From: Octopus vulgaris | Lineage: Eukaryota | Length of the DNA: 64,000 nt | Direction of reading: 5' to 3' | Assembly: GCA_951406725.2 (NCBI GenBank) | Contig: OX597832.1 | Location: 22,878,001 to 22,942,000 of the forward strand | In this document: piece by piece, positions 59,241 to 64,000 of the stretch | Layout: the number at the start of each line of letters is the position of its first letter | Position numbering within the stretch: the first letter of the stretch is position 1 | Notes under the pieces: model-generated | Databases searched by the model: none | Told to the model about the DNA's origin: nothing | Seen by the model: the letters and a program-made list of their open reading frames with translations, nothing else | Translations under genes and position numbers: made by a program

Positions 59241-59544
59241 TCTTGTTGGTTGTTCCTTCTCTAGCTATGCCTGGCTCATAAGGGCCGGTTTCCCGGTTTC
59301 ATTGGCATATTAGTTCTCCAGGTGGATGGGATCCCGGTTTGTCACAGGTGAGCTGCAGGAGGAAAGAGTGAAAGAAAGATGTGGCGAAAGAATCATCAGG
59401 AGTTCGCCATAACCTTCTGTCGGAATCGCGTGGAACTTAGGTGTTTCGTTCATAAACATAAACATATCACCCGGTCTGAGATTCGAACCCGCGATTCCTC
59501 GACCGCGTGTCCGCTGCTCTAGCCACTAAGCCATGTACCTCCAC
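59241..59544 (-). mobile_element. Hybrid SINE: family-C head and body with family-D-type 3' part, 13-bp TSD
   Basis: TSD gatgt(a/g)aaggata at 59228-59240 and 59545-59557; gggccggtttcccggtttc is shared with 50060-50090, and ggaaagagtgaaagaaag...taggtgtttcg...cccggtctg with 47890-48010. Confidence 0.8.
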
Positions 59545-60221
59545 GATGTGAAGGATACTTGCCTGCTAATATTTGCAGAGGGAAAGAGCACAGCGGTACT
59601 ACTTCGTTAAACACACACACACACATTCTTGAAGACAGCGTTTAAATCATTTTGGAGACTGAACGATGTCAAACTTTGAATATTCAATGAGCCAAACTAG
59701 ACCCCAAATAAATGATTAATGGTGATGCTATTGAAGGCTTCAGTATTTTGTCTCCGCTTCTATGCGTAAAGCGAGTCAGGAGATTAGACTACTTCACGTT
59801 CCGGCCTCGATATAAAATCCATTTATCTTAGTTGACGTTCTCGGCATCATATGGAATAACGATTCTCAATGCCACATTGGTTAAATAAGTAACGTGATAA
59901 ATCATTAGGAATGATAGATACATGGATTCTATATAAAAACATATCGTGTATGTGTGGGTGGTTGGGTGTATTAATTTGTGTATGTGTACATGTATGACAT
60001 TAGTGTATCATAATTACACTAATGTTACTGCAAAGGAAAGAACGCCAAAATATTTAGTTTAAAAACGAAAATCTAATTAGTTTTATTCAAACATGTGTCA
60101 TACTTCAAAAACATGAACTTTCGTTGTTTTCAACTGGAATGTAACGGAAATGAAAATAATAAAACTGATCAGAAAACAGCTGTTAAAACAGCTTCAGGTG
60201 TTATTACGTAATCAGTCAGGT

Positions 60222-60380
60222 ATCTTTTATTACCTTTTAAATATCTTAGGCACTGGTCTGCGGCCATGCTAGGGCATCACTTTGAAGGGGCTTAGTCGAA
60301 AATCTACTTAGGATTTTTCTGAATGCGGGCATTTAATCTATCGGCCGCTTTTGTGCACACACAACGACACATGTACAACA

Positions 60381-60439
<59 letters not shown>

Positions 60440-60606
60440 TTATCTACATATACGACAGTTTCTGTCTAGCAAATTCACTCACGAGGAATTAGTCGGCCGG
60501 GGCAACAGCAAAAGACCCTTACACAATGTGCCGCATATTGAGATTGACTCCGAAACCAGTTCGTTCACAAAGCGATCGTCGTAACCACACAGCCATTCCT
60601 GCGCCT
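60222..60606 (-). mobile_element. SINE A, diverged
   Basis: ctgcggccatgctagggcatcac...accacacagccattcctgcgcct. Confidence 0.8.
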
Positions 60607-60840
60607 AGACATCTAGCAACGACACTTACGTTGCATCTTAAGCGATAAATGCACCAGGAAGATAATGAGGCTTCGTAAATCGCATCATCATATGAAACAC
60701 ATTAATCATTATTGGAGACAAGCTGCACAACGAAACAATTTATAGGACAAATGCTAGACAAGTTAGCTACGTTACTTCTTAAAGGCACGGCTCACAAAAT
60801 TCACCAACAAACTGTCAAGAGAAACTTATGGTTACTCCCT

Positions 60841-61045
60841 TTACTCGTTACTCTTTTACTTGTTTCAGTCATTTGACTGCGGCCATGATGGAGCACCACC
60901 TTTAGTCGAGCAAATCGACCCCAGCACTTATTTTTGGTAGCCTAGTACTTATTCAATCGGTCTTTTTTGCCGAATCCCTATGTTACGGGGACGTAAACAC
61001 ATCACCGTCCGATGTCAAGCGATGTTGGGGAGCATCAAAGACATA

Positions 61046-61102
<57 letters not shown>

Positions 61103-61269
61103 GTACGACTGGCTTCTCTCAGTTTCCGTCTACCAAATCAATTCACAAGGCTTTGGTCGGCCCGGGGCTATAGTAGAAGACACTTTCCCAAGGTGCCACG
61201 CAGTGGGACTGAACCCGGAATCATGTGGTTGGTAAGCAAGCTACTTGCCACACAGCCACTCCTGCGCCT
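60841..61269 (-). mobile_element. SINE A, full length; a diverged plus copy follows at about 61400-61790
   Basis: Collinear reverse complement of 31677-32104. Confidence 0.95.
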
Positions 61270-62190
61270 ATACATCAGTCTTTACAAGACACCTCAAACT
61301 TAAACATAAGATTTAAGTTTTTTGTTTCCAGTTTTGTCAACGTGATGAGGTCCAAAGTATATGGTATTCACAGAAATTCGTTAATCACAAACTCGTGAAT
61401 TAGGCGTAGTTCTTTGGTTAAGTATTTCGCATCGTAACCATAGTTTGGAGTTCAATTTTGCCACGCAGCATTTTAGAATATTGTCTTCAACTACAGTCTC
61501 AGAACGACCAGTGACTTGTGAGTGAATGTGATGCAAGGAAATTGTGTGAAACCCGTCTTTATACATATGTGTTATGTGTGTGCATGTGTTGTTTCCAACT
61601 TGTACTTCCATCGTTACCAAATCGGTGTTGGTTTCTTTACTCTACGTTCCCTTAACTTAGCGGTGTGAGAAATGAGACTGATATTATGAGTACCGAAATT
61701 AAATAAGTACTATTGTTTCAACTAACGCTACAAGGCGGAGCTCCAGCATGGCAGCAATCCAATGATTGAAACAAGTAAAAGAGCAAAAATTTAGAGTTTT
61801 CTCTTTCCGTAGAATTCTTGCTGATAACCAAGTTATTGAGGATTTTCTGAACTCACAGAACGACAAACGAAATTCTTCAACATTTGAAAAATTGTCAACA
61901 GCAAATTTATTGAAAAATCTCTAAGCATCGGTGCACTGTTACCAACAGAAAATTGATTTGGGAACTAAACAACTGAAGGAAGACATCAAAGATATAGCCA
62001 TTCCAACTTAGAATTGTTGAAGTAGGATATGTTTGATGATACAGTATTTCTGTAGACGAACACAAATTCAGTTCCCGCTGTTCCACAGAACTGTAAAGAA
62101 GGAGCAAAAGGCTTCTGACCCTACTGATGATGTGGAAGGGTTTCCAGCATTACGATAGCTTTAGACTTTATAAGAAGATCTTGTTATATT

Positions 62191-62722
62191 AAGGCGGCGA
62201 GCTGGCAGAATCGTTAGCACGCCGTTAATAGGCGGGTGAATGTTGTACGAATGGTCAGAGCGAACGAGTCTACTCTAAGCATGCGCCTCTAGATTGACTA
62301 TAAATTTAGAGGAGAGCTGGCAGAAACGATAGCACGCCGGGCGAAATGCGTAGCCGTATTTCGTCTGCGGTTACGTTCTGAGTTCAAATTCCGCCGAGGT
62401 TGAATTTGCCTTTCATCCTTTCGGGGTCGATAAATTAAGTACCAGTTACGCACTGGGGTCGACGTAATCGACTTAATCCGTTTTTCTGTCCTTGTTTGTC
62501 CTCTCTGTGTTTAGCCCCTTGTGGGTAGTAAAGAAATAGGTATTTCGTCTGCCGCTACGTTCTGAGTTCAAATTCCGCCGAGGTAGACTTTGCCTTTCAT
62601 CCTTTCGGTGTCGATAAATAAAGTACCAGTTACGAACTGGGGTCGATGTAATCGACTTAATCCGTTTTTCTGTCCTTGTCTGTCCCCTCTATGTTTAGCC
62701 CCTTGTGAGTAATAAAGAAACA
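62191..62722 (+). mobile_element. Composite SINE B insertion bounded by one 22-bp TSD
   Basis: TSD tataagaagatcttgttatatt at 62169-62190 and 62723-62744. Confidence 0.9.
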
Positions 62723-63601
62723 TATAAGAAGATCTTGTTATATTTTCAGTTAGCTCTTGTATTTTGTGGGGTGGAGCAAAGAAACTTTGACATTTATTTC
62801 ATAATTTTGGTATAATCATGTTCTAATTTTTATTAGACATGATTCACTAATGATTTCAATCCAGAAATTAACGCATAAATTATTGTTATATCATAATGCT
62901 TTTCTACAACATTATACAGAGTCGCTTATTATTCATACATCTATAGCTAAAACATTGTTCGTTTGTTCAGGTGAAATAATAGGATCATTCCGCTGTAACA
63001 GCTATAACGTTCAATAACGTTTTCTCAGTCTTCTTGAAATGCCATAAATTTATAGGGAAAAAGGAATTTTTCATTAAGCCAATCCATGTATAAATGCGAT
63101 TTATGGACCATGAAGTGGGAAATATTTCAATCAACCTCGGCAGAATTTGGTCCTATTACGTTAAGGAGAGTAATGGGACGTAATTTAATTTTAAGTAGCA
63201 TTTAGTCAGACAGTCTATCTTTTCTGCTCTAGCACAGACCTCAAGGGTAGTAGACTACCGCAAATTAGACATTCCAGTTAATTTGCTACTACCCAGAAGT
63301 AATATAACTGTTCTGTTGGAAATAGAACAAATGTGAATTAACTCATTACGATCGATGGCGCATTACTAAAACGTGCATATTAACTAAATGTGATATGAAA
63401 CGTAAATTCGTTGGATCGTGGATGACGAAACGGGTTGGACGACAGATTAAATGGCTTTCGGTAATATTTAGTTACGCTGCTTTAAGTTTGAAGATTTGGA
63501 ATCCCGCCGAGGTCACCTTCCACGTTCGATAAAATAAAACCCCATTCAAGTGCTGCATTCGATTTATCAACTATACACCGCTCCATAAAATTTAGAGTAT
63601 T

Positions 63602-64000
63602 GGGATCTTTTCGGTTTGAACGGCAGGTTTTCTAGCAGTGTCATATGAAATTGTCACCCATAATTATGACCCTAGTATCGATCTATTGCATTTCAATCTG
63701 TTTTAGTGTTAGGGTTAGGGGGAAGGTTATCTTTTTTCTTCACAAATGTAAATAAACCCAATCTGTTTCTTAAACGAGGGGCATATTCATACGGCACAGA
63801 ATGGGTTTTTTTGCCTCAATAGACGTCACTGATTGGTTGAAATTGCAGAAATTGAAGAAAAAAAAGCAAATATCTTACAAACTATAGAATTTTCTCAATA
63901 AAGCCAAGAGAAGAAGATGTTTTATAAACACATTCGACCAGTATACGAAGTTTAAAATTTTTTAGTTACCTAGAAATTATGTTAAAAACTGCCGTTCAAA
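63602..64000. mobile_element. MITE of about 410 bp with TIR GGGATCTTTTCGGTTTGAACGGCAG; right TIR cut by the window edge
   Basis: tttgaacggcag near the start pairs with ctgccgttcaaa at the window end. Confidence 0.75.

Noticed and set aside
61840-62160. Complex sequence, possible exon or RTE remnant
   Set aside because: Stops in the plus frames examined and no convincing motif.
63707-63720. TTAGGG repeats
   Set aside because: Only two units, inside a MITE; not telomeric.

Overview
AT-rich, microsatellite-saturated animal DNA, apparently intergenic or intronic. I found no host protein-coding exon; nearly all listed ORFs are translations of (TA)n, (CA)n, (AAT)n, (GAT)n or (TATG)n tracts. The repeat complement resembles that of an octopod cephalopod (inference). 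It includes four tRNA-derived SINE types (about 30 copies, several with clean TSDs), decayed non-LTR retroelements (CR1-group, RTE, and R4/Dong-like restriction-like-endonuclease elements embedded in microsatellites), Chapaev-3-like and Tc1/mariner (maT-like) transposase fossils, non-autonomous Helitron-like elements and MITE/foldback structures. Three signals stand out. (1) Several unrelated short repeats carry minimal type-I hammerhead-ribozyme motifs (CUGANGA...GAAA + palindromic stem III + UH), often as inverted pairs, including a perfect 78-bp palindrome. This is typical of Penelope-like elements or retrozymes, and one family may also carry a Pol III B-box. (2) A CR1-group LINE 3' end shares its tail, including a compensatorily changed stem-loop, with the commonest SINE. 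(3) An R4-like element appears to target (CATA/TATG)n rather than (TAA)n. All family names are by-eye motif recognition, not database hits.
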